This document shows, piece after piece, positions 13,701 to 27,726 of a stretch of 64,000 bases of DNA. Origin of the DNA: Octopus bimaculoides (taxonomy: Eukaryota); assembly GCF_001194135.2 (NCBI RefSeq), contig NC_068981.1:87913844-87977843 (forward strand). The letters run 5' to 3'. Within the stretch, counting starts at the first letter, position 1. Each line of letters begins with the position of its first letter. A model generated the notes under the pieces. The model saw only the letters and a program-made list of their open reading frames with translations. It did not search any database and was not told the DNA's origin. The position numbers and the translations under genes are program-made.

Positions 13701-16039
13701 CATCATTCCATACTCATCTAACTAGTATTCAGTTTGAGATTGTTTTCATAATCTATTTAGTTCATTTGTGTTTGCCCTAATGCTGATTACATTACTAAAT
13801 CAATCAGTATATTGAGATAATGAGGGCCACTTATAAAAATATATTGAAATGAGGACCACTATAAGAAAGAATAGTTTATATTGCAAAACAAATATTCCTA
13901 AATGCAGAAGTTTTAATTACTTTGTATAAATGGATTCGCTTTCATCTTTGTGTATTTCACAATATTCCATAGTCTTTAACAGATTATTTCAGTTGCTCTG
14001 AGAGTTATGACTGAATCAACATTGTATAATCTTATAGTTCATAAAATCATTTGCTCTAATGCACTATAATTAAAGACTAGTAATCTGTTATATTAATATT
14101 TTAACTTTTGCTTATATACTTTCAAAATTGCTATAATGGATCTTTCTAGTTGACTACCATCAAATTATACTGAACATCTGTATTGAAGTTCCTTTTTTAT
14201 TCAGTGTCAAAGTGGATCTTTTTCAATATCTCAAAATGATCTCTTCCTTTCAAAAATTGTACTAATTTTAAACCAGCTTATTTATTCTAATTCTTGATGA
14301 TATTGATATGAAAAGTAATAGGAATATTATATTAGGTTTTTAATACATTTTTACTTTTATATATGTTTGTAGGATCTTGGCCAACCAGATAATAACTTTT
14401 TGAAACTATGGAAAATAGTATTCTTCAATTACTTCCAATGAATTATTTTAAAAAGTAGAAATAAGGAGATATTTCATCTCCTGATCATCTCATCTATTTA
14501 TTGCATTTTATATCATCATTTCATTCATTTGTTACAAAATAATAAAATAGAGATTTCTTTGTAGAATACTTTTATTTCTGTGTGTATGCGTGTGTGTGTG
14601 TGTTTCCATTTTCACTACTTTTGAAATGTTTTTATAGTATTACTGGTTTGCTCAGAGTCTTCTCTTCGATTTCCTATTATGTTTCTGTTCTTAATATTTT
14701 AGAGTAAAGAAATATTAGATGACACGTATTTTTATCATTTCAACTCAATTACATCCTGTCTATCATTGTGATCTCTTTAGATACTTCGCTTTATTCTCCA
14801 CTTAATATTACTCTATTCCCTAACGTATCTTTCTTTTTCAATTATATGGTTCTTTGTAGCATCCAGACAAAAACACTAGAAAAGCCATAAGCAACCAAAT
14901 AACATACACACACACATGCAAACTCTTAAAATTTTAAATGAAAATGGTATTGTAACAAGATATTTGCAGAAATAAAATTATCTCATTCTAAATGATTTCT
15001 AAACTAATGAAGAGGTTTGAATATAATGAAATGGATTTTCTAAATTATTGACTTTTGTTCCTTTGTGTGCCTGTGTTTGATTCTTTTTTTTTTATCATTA
15101 TTATTGATAATTGTTTTAATTATTCAGTAGTTATTCATTTGTAATCCACATCATTTTATTTTTACTTTATTGGCTTTATATTCTGAAATTCCATCAGCAG
15201 AAACATTCTGTAAGATTTATATAACATTCTCAAAGTACATTATCTCTATGAAAACATTTCTATTTCATGTGTAGGTAAAATTGACAAGAAAAGCAAAATA
15301 TCTCGACACATAAAGCATCTTCCTTAAATTTTTCTGTTTGATGAATTAATAAATTATTTCTTATTTAAAAATAAAATTCTGTTTGATATCTCTTGGTGGC
15401 CATGTAAATTGGAAGGTAGATTCCTTTTTGTGTTTACTAAAAAAGAAAAAAAAAATGAATTTTCTATCTTTACAACTTGCTGATTTCACTGCCACTTGAT
15501 CTCAAATCATCATATTTGACATCTAAATTAATGTTCCAACATGAGGTTCACTTTAAAACATTCTCTTCTTTACCAATACTATATTTTGTTACTTTCATCT
15601 ACCCTTTATTTCATCATAGATGAAGGTAAATGTTTGTGATTTTTTTTTTTAATTACAAACTCCAACAGATGTAGACAATGAAGATTTTCTTCTTTTCATT
15701 TTTTTAAAAATTTTTGAATTTTATTTATTAATTTAAAATTTTTTTAAAGAAAGGGATATAGACGTTAATCTTTTGTTTCCCCTTTAATTTGATCTCTATA
15801 GAAAAAATACAGGATTGCCTGCTTTTGATTTTCTGATTTTATAGTATATTTAAAAACAAAATATATTTCTCCCATGTAGTTAACTATCAGTGTATTTGTT
15901 TGCTGAGTGGGTTTCCTTTCCTATTAAATAACATACTCCAAAACTATTTTCTTCTTCCTCCTCAATCCTGCTATTTTTTAAATCCAACAAATTTTGTTTA
16001 TAAGACCAGTATTTTTAGTTTTTAGATTTATACAATATA

Positions 16040-16112
16040 TATACACACACACACACACTTAGACAGAAAATGTGTGTGTGTGTGTGTGTATCTATATCTA
16101 TCTATCTATCTA

Positions 16113-16152
<40 letters not shown>

Positions 16153-16158
16153 TAGATA
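16040..16158. repeat. Compound microsatellite (CA)n..(TG)n(TATC)n(TA)n; others at 1919, 4688, 18660, 19364, 21091, 27655, 57340
   Basis: Directly visible simple repeats. Confidence 0.95.
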
Positions 16159-18661
16159 GCTATTTTATTTGTTTTGTTTATATTTTTTCTTTCTTTCTCA
16201 TCTGAAGTGGTCACCAAAATAGATAATTTTTCAATAACGTAAGTGTAATAATGTCTCCAGTCCNNNNNNNNNNNNNNNNNNNNNNNNNNNNNNNNNNNNN
16301 NNNNNNNNNNNNNNNNNNNNNNNNNNNNNNNNNNNNNNNNNNNNNNNNNNNNNNNNNNNNNNNNNNNNNNNNNNNNNNNNNNNNNNNNNNNNNNNNNNNN
16401 NNNNNNNNNNNNNNNNNNNNNNNNNNNNNNNNNNNNNNNNNNNNNNNNNNNNNNNNNNNNNNNNNNNNNNNNNNNNNNNNNNNNNNNNNNNNNNNNNNNN
16501 NNNNNNNNNNNNNNNNNNNNNNNNNNNNNNNNNNNNNNNNNNNNNNNNNNNNNNNNNNNNNNNNNNNNNNNNNNNNNNNNNNNNNNNNNNNNNNNNNNNN
16601 NNNNNNTTTGTAATGTAAGTTATGATTGGGGGTGAAAAAAAAAAAAGACTTATTGACAATTTCTAAGCTGGTAAGTTATATTTAATTTTTTTTTTCCTAA
16701 CATCTATTTGTCAATAAAGTGAATTATTTCTTAATGAACTTCTTGTTCTATTTTAATTTTTCTCCTTTTTTTTTTTATTATTTACATTTTATTGAGACTT
16801 ATGTAGCAGGAAAATAAGGAGTGATTTTAACCCTTTTCTCACCAAATTTCTAGCAAAATATGTTTCACTTCGTTTTGAAAGTAACAAATTTGAAGGGATT
16901 TAATGCTTTAGCATTCAGATTACTCTGTCAAATGTTATTCACATTGTTTTGAATTAATTTTGAATTAATCAAGTATTATCTCATAGCTTTGAGATTTTGA
17001 TGATGTGATTGTCTTTTTTAAGAATGACATCATAAGGTAGGTGTGAGAGGCTGGATCTGATCAGTTTTAACTTAGAATATATAGAAATTTTCAGCAGAAT
17101 ATGGCTAGTTTCAGTGCTAAAAGGTTAATAAAATAACTTGTTCATTATTACATTGGTAATGCAAGGCTTTCATTTAAATATACTGTAAAAAGGGGTAGTT
17201 TAAAAATAGGGGCCATTGATATCAAATGGATTAATGTAGTTCAAATTTGATTTTGTAATAATATTGAAATTTAGAAAATGACTCAGTGAGTTCATTGACT
17301 TGAAGTCAATGTGGGACAATTTCAGGATTTATTACAGAGTTATATCCAACCTTGTCTGGGAGAAGCAAATATAAAAATTAATTGAATGCGTTTCATATTT
17401 ATCTGGGTCAGACAAAAGGGAGAAGGGAAGCCTAATGAATGTAATGTTAGTTTTTAAGTAGGTTTGTAGTTGTATTTTGGATTGATTACACCCAGAAAAT
17501 ATTGTGTGCAAATAGAGATACTTTTTGATACTGTACAGGTTTCTTTTTAAAACTTTCTTGTTGTGTGGGTGTACAATAGTTTATGAATCTTTTTTCTCTT
17601 TCTCTTTTTTTTTTTTTTTTTTTTTTGTAGTTACTGTTCATGAAAACATTGACATATTAGAGTTTTTTTTTTTTTTTTCCAGATATTGTAGCATATGCTT
17701 TTGTAGTGGGTGAAGCTACCTACTACTAATTAAGCTATAAAGACTAGAATTTATGGTATTATTTTTAATTTTGTAGTTACAATTCTTTCAATACAACATA
17801 GGCAATCCAAATTATGAACATAAACATAGGTATGAATATAATGAATTCACAATCTTATGTATATTTACACATACGTTAAGTACCCAAGTGCATTTCATCA
17901 GATTGAGTCTCAAAAATAATAGTATATATTGATTTGGTATTTGATAAATGGAACCAATTTTATTAAGAAAGGACCAAGGAAGCTGGCAATGGGTAACCAA
18001 ATAAGGGAATTGAAATTACTTCAGTTGAGAATCAAAAGCTAATCTTGTCAAATGACTACTAACAAAAATTAATTTAAATGAAGGATTGCCTGCCATATTT
18101 GAAGGTTAATAGCAACAGTATGACTAATTCTGTTCTTTTAATCCCTTTTGGTGGAACTAGATAATGGTTGAAGTTTTTTCATAGCTATTAAGAAAATTAT
18201 AGTCTGATGTCAGTACTCAGTAATATATTATATATATAATCGGTGAAGGTAGACAGGTAATGGTTACAGTGAATGATAAAACATTTTCACTGAGATGTGA
18301 ATAGTCATTGGTCTAGGAGGTTTCATTGTTGGACGTAATGTGCATTTGGCTCCTACATTGAATAGCTTTGAGTGGCTGCATATGAACTCTGTCACTTGTT
18401 TACATGATAACCATTTTAAAAATGGTAGAAAGGTTGTTGAATGATATATGGTTGCCGCATTAAAATAATTGGACAGCCACAGTTTGGTGTCTTCATATGA
18501 GTATTTGAAATATTTTTTCATGAGTGCTTAGCAAAAAATAAATGAACTTTTATGAATGTTTAAAGTGAAAAGCATATTTTTCACTGTTAAATCCATCAAT
18601 GTAATTGGCAAGGTTACATTACATGGTTGAACGAAATGGTCAGAAGCTATAATGTTTGCTT

Positions 18662-18741
<80 letters not shown>

Positions 18742-19363
18742 TTGCTTAAAAGAGTTCCAACACTGTCTGTTTTTTATGTTTTATTTATATTCCTGCAGAA
18801 CTAATGTGGGGTATAGAATATGGAATATACAATATATAATATGATATNNNNNNNNNNNNNNNNNNNNNNNNNNNNNNNNNNNNNNNNNNNNNNNNNNNNN
18901 NNNNNNNNNNNNNNNNNNNNNNNNNNNNNNNNNNNNNNNNNNNNNNNNNNNNNNNNNNNNNNNNNNNNNNNNNNNNNNNNNNNNNNNNNNNNNNNNNNNN
19001 NNNNNNNNNNNNNNNNNNNNNNNNNNNNNNNNNNNNNNNNNNNNNNNNNNNNNNNNNNNNNNNNNNNNNNNNNNNNNNNNNNNNNNNNNNNNNNNNNNNN
19101 NNNNNNNNNNNNNNNNNNNNNNNNNNNNNNNNNNNNNNNNNNNNNNNNNNNNNNNNNNNNNNNNNNNNNNNNNNNNNNNNNNNNNNNNNNNNNNNNNNNN
19201 NNNNNNNNNNNNNNNNNNNNNNNNNNNNNNNNNNNNNNNNNNNNNNNNNNNNNNNNNNNNNNNNNNNNNNNNNNNNNNNNNNNNNNNNNNNNNNNNNNNN
19301 NNNNNNNNNNNNNNNNNNNNNNNNNNNNNNNNNNNNNNNNNNNNNNNNNNNNNNNNNNNNNNN

Positions 19364-19413
<50 letters not shown>

Positions 19414-19643
19414 TCACAAATATATGATATACATTTTTTTTTTTTTTAATAAACCATTTTTCACAATCTGTGGGCTTGAATTTTCTTTTAATGTCATACT
19501 GATTAATAATCAATGTTTTGGAAAAAGAAGTATCTCATATATTGATGTTAAATATAAGGTTATATGGTTACATTCACATTTAGCTATAAAAATAATTATA
19601 GTTTGATGTCAGTACCCAATAATAGATGCAATTGGTATAGTTG

Positions 19644-21090
19644 ATGCAGGCATGGATGTGTGGTTAATAAGCTTGCTTTGCAACCATATGGTTTTGGGTT
19701 CAGTCCTACTTGCAGCACCTTAGACAAGTGTTTTCTATAACCCTGAGTTAACCAGTGTCTTGTGACTGAATTTGGTAATTGGAAACTGTGTGGAGGACAT
19801 CATTATATATATATAATATAAATTGAAGTTGGCCGAGCGTTGTATTCTTTCTTGTCTTGAGGTTCACGGCCAAACAGCTGGGTGGATTCGCGTGAAAAAT
19901 GGCACACATGTGGAGACGGGTGCATAGATTGGAACGCACTAATTTTTTCCCTAGCCCCCATACTTACAGAGAAAATCGATTAAAACAACCTGAGTGCGTG
20001 CATGTTTGTGTGTCACTGAAGCCATTCATACATACATACATAATAAATAAATAAACTAAATGATAAATTTCATTTATCTCTCTCTCTCATATACACATAC
20101 ACCATCAACATTACTCTGTCGCACGCACCCCATCAAACATACACACACACAGACATATGCACGCACATCAATTCTCCCCTCTCACCACAACTTCAAAAGA
20201 AGTTCAGTCATAAAACTCACCATGTATCTTCATTCAACTTCAAAAGATTGCCTTCCCTTTTCACTTGTTTGGCCATTGGTTGACAGATAAAAGAAACCAA
20301 CTCCTGCTAAAAATACACACACAAACTGACATTTCATGTTTTTCAGTTTCTCTATGATTACACACGTGTCGAAAACACTAGCTCATTTTAATCTTCAACA
20401 GGTATGTATCAATTTCTATAATATAAATTGTTTTTCTATAAGCGTATAACAATTACTTATTCCATACTTCACTTTTCTTAAATTGGATATGTCTGCTATT
20501 AATTCTTACACACAATTTTCCCGTTCATTCTTACAGCTTAATTTTCTGTTAAAGCAATTCTTAACATAATATGCAGAATTCTCACATTAATACAGTAGGG
20601 TGTTTTGAGGGAGATTTGGCTGCTATGTCTACCAGGTTTACCTACCATGTAGAGGTCTGAACTTATTTTTCATTCACAGATTTGCTTTTCAAATGTTATT
20701 CTGCCACTAACACCAGTTGCTTTCTCTCTCACATACACACACACACATACGCACATCCATTTCATATATCTTTCAATTTCTGCTCTCTGCAAATAAAATT
20801 TTTACGGATAAAACTGCTTACAAAAATTGTGATTAATGTATAATTTCTTTCTATGTTCATAATTAAATAAATCTTTTAATGATTAGACAGACGTTCAATA
20901 GAACAGCTCTCACAAACAGACTACATACAAATTCTTTCTTCACAACTCCTGAAGTCATTTTCTGAGGCTCCAATCGAAACGGGACACGAAATGATCAGGT
21001 TGAGAAACGCTGTTATAGATTATGTCTAACCGAAAACAATCACAGCCACATCATCCAAACAGACCAGGTGAAACCGGGTTTAGCTGCTAG

Positions 21091-21122
<32 letters not shown>

Positions 21123-21350
21123 CACACACACACACACACACACACATACAACATACATTTCTCTGTGTGTGTGTATTTTGTCCAAAGTTTGTCAACCAGT
21201 GTTTGTTTATGTCCCTGTAACTTAGCAGTTCAGCAAATAGGAAAAAAAATACCAAACTTAATATAAGAACTGGGGTTGATTTCTTCGACAAAACCCTTCA
21301 AGATGGTGCCCCAGCATGGCTGCATTCCACTGATTGAAACAAGTAAAAGA
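19644..21350 (+). mobile_element. tRNA-derived SINE with internal (TA)/(TG) tract, split by a Helitron (halves 19644-19804, 21091-21350)
   Basis: Head TGTGTGGTTAA...GGTTCAGTCC and 3' half TTTGTC...CCAGCATGGC...GAAACAAGTAAAAGA recur at 31950-32112 plus 32793-33028 (+), 25965-26125 (-), 35078-35230 (-). Confidence 0.8.
19805..21090 (+). mobile_element. Non-autonomous Helitron-like element
   Basis: 3' hairpin ACCAGGT-GAA-ACCGGGT (21063-21079) then CTAG 21087-21090 followed by T; 5' end TATATATAATATAAATTGAAG within the TA tract (boundary approximate). Confidence 0.7.
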
Positions 21351-21680
21351 AAGATGAAAGATGTCAATTAAGCTTTCAACATATGTAGAGAAAATAGTTG
21401 TAACCACAATCTATCACTACTAAACAATGTAGCTCAGAATAAAATGAGAGAAAATGAAGAATCAACACATTATAAAATTATAGCTTTAAGCTGCTTGATA
21501 TATCTTTCTGAATTTGATTTATTTTTATGTCAGTATTGATAAGTAAGGTAGTGGCAATATTCTACAGCTACTTTATGTGAATTACTATAACTTCAGTAAT
21601 GCTTATCCCATTCCTATCCCTATTGCTTTCATAGCTCTGATTATGAATTTAAATTTGTGAGTAATATTTGAGTGTCAAAT

Positions 21681-21893
21681 AAGGTTGTGAGTTGGCAGAA
21701 TTGTTAGCACACCACACAAAATGCTTAATGGCATTTTGTCCATCTTTATGTTCTGCATTCAAATTATGCTGATGTCATCTTTGCCTTTCATCCTTTCAGG
21801 GGTCGATAGAGTAAGTACCAGTTGTGCACTGGGGTTGATGTAATCACCTTCCCTAGTGACTCAAAATTGCTGGCCTTGTGCCAAATTTGAAAC
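21681..21893 (+). mobile_element. Same-core SINE with alternative tail (other copies 24483-24687 -, 56425-56638 +, 61944-62143 -)
   Basis: Shared head and TTTGCCTTTCATCCTTTC...GGGTCGATA core; tail ...GGCCTTGTGCCAAATTTGAAAC instead of the LINE-like tail. Confidence 0.8.
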
Positions 21894-21989
21894 TAATATA
21901 TGAGTGCTAAATGTAAATTTCCTACTATATATAATACAATCCATTGTTTTCTGTATATCATTTTAGCAGGTTACCCAAACCAAAACCAC

Positions 21990-22160
21990 TTTTTCTCTCC
22001 AAGTATTCCTGTCTTCCATGACACTGCTGAGGTCTTCTATTTATAACTCAACATCACAAAAAGAGTTGATCAATGTATGTCATTCTGTGTTGTCCAGCAT
22101 GAGAATTTCCATGGCTCAGGATCCACAGAAAGAGCTCATTCACTAATTCATGTTCACTTC
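21990..22160 (-). mobile_element. RTE-like LINE extreme C-terminal relic
   Basis: Translates ELFLWILSHG...MTYIDQL...DLSSVMEDRNTWREKV, typical RTE ORF end. Confidence 0.55.
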
Positions 22161-22600
22161 AATAGCAGTGACCAGTATATCTTACCCTGGCATCGGCCAT
22201 GTTTGGATGGTGCTTTTTACGTGCCACCAGCACAGGGAGCCAGTCAAGTGGCACTAACATTGATCCATGCTTGAATGGTGCTTATTATGTGCCACCAGCA
22301 CAGGTGCCAGGCACTGGTATCAGCCACGACTACGATTTCAATTTTGCTTGACTCAACAGTTCTTCTCAAGCACAGCATTTCGCCTGTGAAACGACATGTC
22401 TTTTTCAATGGATATCACTTCCAAGATAAGTGATATGATACAAAGTAATAGAGAATTTATGATAAATTTGTTCTCTTTCATTATCTTCAATGTATGATTT
22501 ACGTTGATTTATTATCATTGTTTCAGAAGATAACAAACCATGTCAGCATTTATAGAGTGTGTGTTCGTCAGAATTATAAGCAAGTCTGTAAAGCTAAAAG

Positions 22601-23325
22601 GGATCTTTCTGAATTGGTGGGCACCACTTTTCATTTATGTTTTATGTAGAGTTTTTGGTAACGAAACACTTTCAAACTTCGTATACTTGTATATTTTGTG
22701 TTATAGAACAGATAAAATTTTTTGTATTTGAAGTTATTTCATGTAAAAAATTGTCGTATTTCGGTAATTTCAACCAATCACTGACGTCTATTGAGGTGAA
22801 AACAATTACTGCTGTGAATTGTGAACACCACACATTGTGCGGTGTAATGGGATCTTTTCCCTTGAATAAAATTAGTGCCGTTGTTTGTCAACAACAACTG
22901 TAGCGGTACTGTTATTTATAACATCGTTCGTGCGTTTGTACTGGTTTTAGCTTTAGGGTTTGGGTTTTAGAGTTAGGGTTATTATTTTTGCCATAACCTA
23001 ACTCATAACCCTAACCCTAAAACCCGAACCCTAAACATTTACTAGGGAATAACGATATATAATTACCAGGGAATAACGATCTTGACACCGGCAAAAATTA
23101 TTGTTTACAAAAACAGCAGTAACTGTATTCAGCTGAATAGACGTCGGTGATTGATTGAAATTACAGAAATACGACAACTTTAATATGAAATAACTTGCAA
23201 TATAGAAATTTTTGTTAAGAAGGCTAAGAGAAAAAGATGTTTTATATGACACATTCTACCAGTATCCCAAGTTTGAAAGTGTTTCGTTAAGAAAACAAGT
23301 GGTGTCCGTCAATTCAGAAAGATCC
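22601..23325. mobile_element. Palindromic MITE-like element with ~220-bp imperfect inverted arms and central telomere-like repeats
   Basis: GGATCTTTCTGAATTG at 22601 vs CAATTCAGAAAGATCC ending 23325; further matched blocks (AACGAAACACTTTCAAACTT, TCAACCAATCACTGACGTCTATT). Confidence 0.75.
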
Positions 23326-24109
23326 GCCAGAAGCATTAAAACTCTTGGAAAAATGTTGTTGAAACAGTGCATAGCTACTGCTTTGATTTTATCACTTGTT
23401 CAAGTATGCTAATTAACAAGTATTTTTTTTTTTTTGCTTCCTTCCAGATGTAAGTTTGGTTTGTATTAAACACGAACTACCAAGAATAATTTTAGGTACC
23501 TACTAGTAACATTTAATAAATTTTGTTTTATATATTTTAACTCATTTTAACCCCATATTTCTCTTTTTTTAATCAGACCAACAAATAAAATGAGCATGGG
23601 AACAAAATCATTAAAATTATAATTTATGCTGCGTCAGAAAGGAAAATGGTCGGTCAATAAAATGAGGAAATACCAAAGCAGATAATTTGACAATAAAATT
23701 TGTTTGTAGCCAGGCTAATTAAAACTTGTATGATCTTTCAAGATCTTGTTGGTATTCATAGACTGAGAGTATACCCTGTTGCTGTCTGAAAGTAATATTT
23801 CCTATTCAATATGCAGCTAGTGTTTAAAATATGACAGCCTTTAACATGTTTTTAAGAAGGCAAGGAATTTCTAATAAATTTTTAAAATTCATATGTATGT
23901 ATGTTAGTGAAATAATAGCAGTGTTCATCATCAACATCATTTAACATCTATTTTCCAAGCTGGCATGGGTTGGACGGTTTGACTGAGGTCTGGTGAGCCA
24001 GTGGCTGCACCAGGCTCCAATTTGATCTGGCAATGTTTCTATAGCTGGATGCCCTTCCTAATGCCAACTACTCTGTCATGTATGCACACTGACATTACAC
24101 ATCCAGCAG

Positions 24110-24300
24110 AGCATACTAGCTTCATTTCTTTCAAGCCTACGCATGTCCTCAGCAGTCATGGCCCATGTTTCACTGCTATGTAGCATGGCAGTTCGCACAC
24201 ATGCATCATATAGTCTACCTTTCATCCTGAGCAAGAGACCCTTAGTTGCCAGCAGAGATAGTAACTCCCTGAACTTTGCACAGGCTATTCTTATTCTGTC
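24110..24300 (-). mobile_element. RTE LINE RT-thumb fragment
   Basis: RIRIACAKFRELLSLLATKGLLLRMKGRLYDACVRTAMLHSSETWAMTAEDMRRLERNEASM. Confidence 0.8.
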
Positions 24301-25919
24301 AAATTCAATAATTTGTTGAATACTTGATATTATTTTCTAACTCTACTGTCTGATTCCCCTAAGAACTGAAATCTTTCTTCAACCCTTTAGCATTCAAACC
24401 AGCCATATCTGGCCAAAATATTCTACCTGTTTTATACTCAAACTGGCCAAATCTGGCTCCTCTTACCAACCCTACAATATCCTTTCCTACTCTAGGAACA
24501 AGGCCCGAAATTTTGGGGGAGGGGGCCAGTCGATTAGATCAACACCAGTACGCAACTGGTACTTAATTTATTGACCTTGAGAGGCAAAGTCGACCACGTT
24601 GGAATTTGAACTCAGAATGTAAAGACAGATGAAATACCACTAAACATTTCGCCTGGTGTGCTAACATTTTTGCCAGCTCACCACCTTATCAACCCTATGA
24701 TATTATTCTAAAAATTAACCATTACCTCATCAAAATCTCAAAATAATGAGATAATGCATAATTAATTGAAAACAATATGAATAAGTAAGCATTACTTATG
24801 ATGAAATAATTTGAAGGCTAAAGGGTTAAATTTTCTGTGCACGTTCTGTAGCATTTTTGGAGAAAATTTAACTGCTGATCAATAAGTTGTCATCATCATT
24901 GTTTAACAGTCCTTTTTCCATGCTGGCATGGGTTGGAGGGTTTGACAGGAACCAACAAGCCAGAGGACTGTGCCAAGCTCCAACGTCTGCTTTGATATGA
25001 TTTCTACAGCTAAATGCTCTTCCTAATGCCAGCCTCATTACAGCGTACTGGGTGCTTTTTCATGACACCAGCACTAGTAAGGTCATCAAGTGCTAGTGAG
25101 ATAAGACAGTGGGGTAAAGTATTGAAGGAGGCGAAAATATGATAGAGGGACAGGAACAGGTGCCTTACTGAAGATGAAGAAATTAATTCATGGCTTCCTC
25201 AGCTGGAAAGAGAGACAGAGAGAGTGTACCCTCAAGGTAGAAGGTGAACATGGTAGAGAGGAACAGAAAGGGCCAGTGAGTGGGTAGGTAAGTTTGTAAG
25301 AGTATGGAAAATATGTAACAGATGATTATAGATGGAGATAGTGAATAACAGTTATATCTGGACTGGGGCTTCCATAAACTATCCTTTGACCTAAAAATCA
25401 TTTCCTCAATTATCTTTTAGCAATGTTCATACAGGATCAAGAAATCATTTAAGTGTTCATTCCCAATGAACTGGGATTTTAGGAAGTATTGAAACATATT
25501 CTACACTTACATCCTCATACATCATTTACATAGATTTTGGTTCTGGTATCTTTTAAAATTTCTCATAAAACATGGAAAAAAAGTTGAAATACCTACACAA
25601 GCATGAGCATAACATATTTCATTTATTACTTAATTAACTTTTGTTATTCAGAAATTATGGAACTAGTTCAAGAATGCAATGTTTGAAGATTTCCTCCAAA
25701 TGGGGAAAACTATATAATGCCAGCTTTTCAACCACTTCAGCTGTTGAGTATTATAGGAGACCATTCATTGAGAAGTTAATATTGTTGATAAAAAACAATA
25801 TATATTTGTGTATTGTATATTAAATGATAGATACTTTACAACAGTTATATGTATATACTAAGCTATATATTTTTTGTATACTTCCTACTGCTATACATTA
25901 TATATGCATTTAACATATA

Positions 25920-25965
25920 CTAGCAGAGATACCCGACCTTGTTCGGGATTAAAATTGCATAGATT
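25920..25965 (-). mobile_element. Helitron 3' end fragment
   Basis: CTAG 25920-25923 with CCCGA/TCGGG hairpin about 8 nt inside; truncated by a SINE. Confidence 0.55.
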
Positions 25966-27686
25966 TTTATTGTTTTACTCGTTTCAGTCATGTTGGTCGA
26001 AGAAATCAACCACAGGATTTATTCTTTGTAAGTCTAGTACTCATTCTGTCATTGTCTTTTACCAAACCGCTAAGTTATGGGAATGTAAACACAGCAACAT
26101 CAGTTGTCAAGCAATGGTGGGGGCAAAAAGCACCATCCCATCATGGTCGATACCAGCTCCTCTGGCCTGTGCCAGTGACACGTAAAAATCACCCACTACA
26201 CTCTCGGAGTGGTTGGCATTAGGAAGGGCATCCAGCTGTGGAAACACTGCCTGATCAGATTGGGGCCTGGTGCAGCCTCCTGGCTTCCCAGACCCCAGTC
26301 AAACCGTCCAACCCATGCCAGCATGGAAAACGGACGTTAAACGATGATTATAATTGTGATGATGATGATGAATGCTGTATTTTCTGGGTAATGCTGAATA
26401 TCCTTCTAGTGAACCATAAAAGTAAACTTGCCTCCTTTGCTTAGCAATGTAGTTCTTCAAATAATTTCATTATGTTCTGTTGTAAGGGAAGCTGTAAGTA
26501 ATGAACATAGGGGAAGCCTTCTATTGGTCAGTGTCAATGGCATGTCTTGAATACGTATGCTCTGACCATAGCAAGATTTTTCAGGGAAGACTGGCAGTTT
26601 GTCCACACATAGAAGTCTCTCCTCTCCATTATACTGATGTATATTCAAAGAACGATTTGACATCAATGCTGTCACAGACATTGCTATCAGATGGCAAAGA
26701 GCCAAAACAGATACCAAAAAACATCTTAGCTTGACCTACAAACAGTTCTGTTAATCCATCACTATATATTGCTATATTTTTTATTGACCTGAAAAAATGA
26801 GAGGCAAAGTTGACAGAGTTTGAACTCAGAGAGAAGAGAACTGCAACAACTACAGCAAGGCTTTCTATACAATGCTGTAATATTTTAGGTAGTCTGCAGA
26901 AGAATAACAGTTATTTCAAATTGTCTTATCAGTGAATTATCACTTACTCTTAGGTCTGTTGTGAGTTTGAGAAATAGTGAATAACCTGTTTCCATGACAT
27001 ATAAGTGAATGAAATTACAACACTCTCCACTGAATAGGACACTAGCCCATCACAGGGTCAACTTCCCAGCTATTACTGGAACTCATTTACAACTACTTGA
27101 ACTGGAGTAATGTTAAATGAAGTGTTTTGCTCAAGAACACAACATGCTACATAGCTCCAGGATTGAAATATTTATCATAAGATGATGGGTGCAACACCCT
27201 AACCACTAGGCCATATGCTTTCACTATCTGAGATTATGTCCACACCAAAAATCTGTATCTATTACTCATACTGAAATCTTAGTCACTGTGTGCTGTTAGT
27301 ATTTTGCTTAGATCTAATAAGATTAACACACATTCCAGGGTTGTCACAAAGCTAGCAAAGATCAGGTTCCCTTCTTCTCTGCATATCTCCTATTTTTGAT
27401 CAGCTCAAATTTCAGTGTTCTCCTTTGCTTGTTTTGAGTAATTTTCATTAATGCTAATGACTTTTCTTTTCGTTATAGTTATTGGAATTAACTGAAAATC
27501 ATATTTTGTGCACTGCTAAATACAATTGCATGCACTGAACAGCAGCATGCTGGGCCAATATGGCCCTAGTTTTGCCTCATATTTAGGTACTTATTTCATC
27601 AATCTCATAAAGAGAGACAGACAATGCTTCATAAGACACTGGGAATCTGACCCCTGTGTGTGTGTGTGTTTGTGCATGCACGTGTG

Positions 27687-27726
<40 letters not shown>

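Noticed and set aside
22944-23035. Chromosome end-to-end fusion scar
   Set aside because: Tracts are short, degenerate and centred in a palindromic repeat element; a mobile-element origin is simpler.
26457-26734. Overlapping 77-86 aa ORFs
   Set aside because: No recognisable domain or consistent splice sites; possibly old TE debris.
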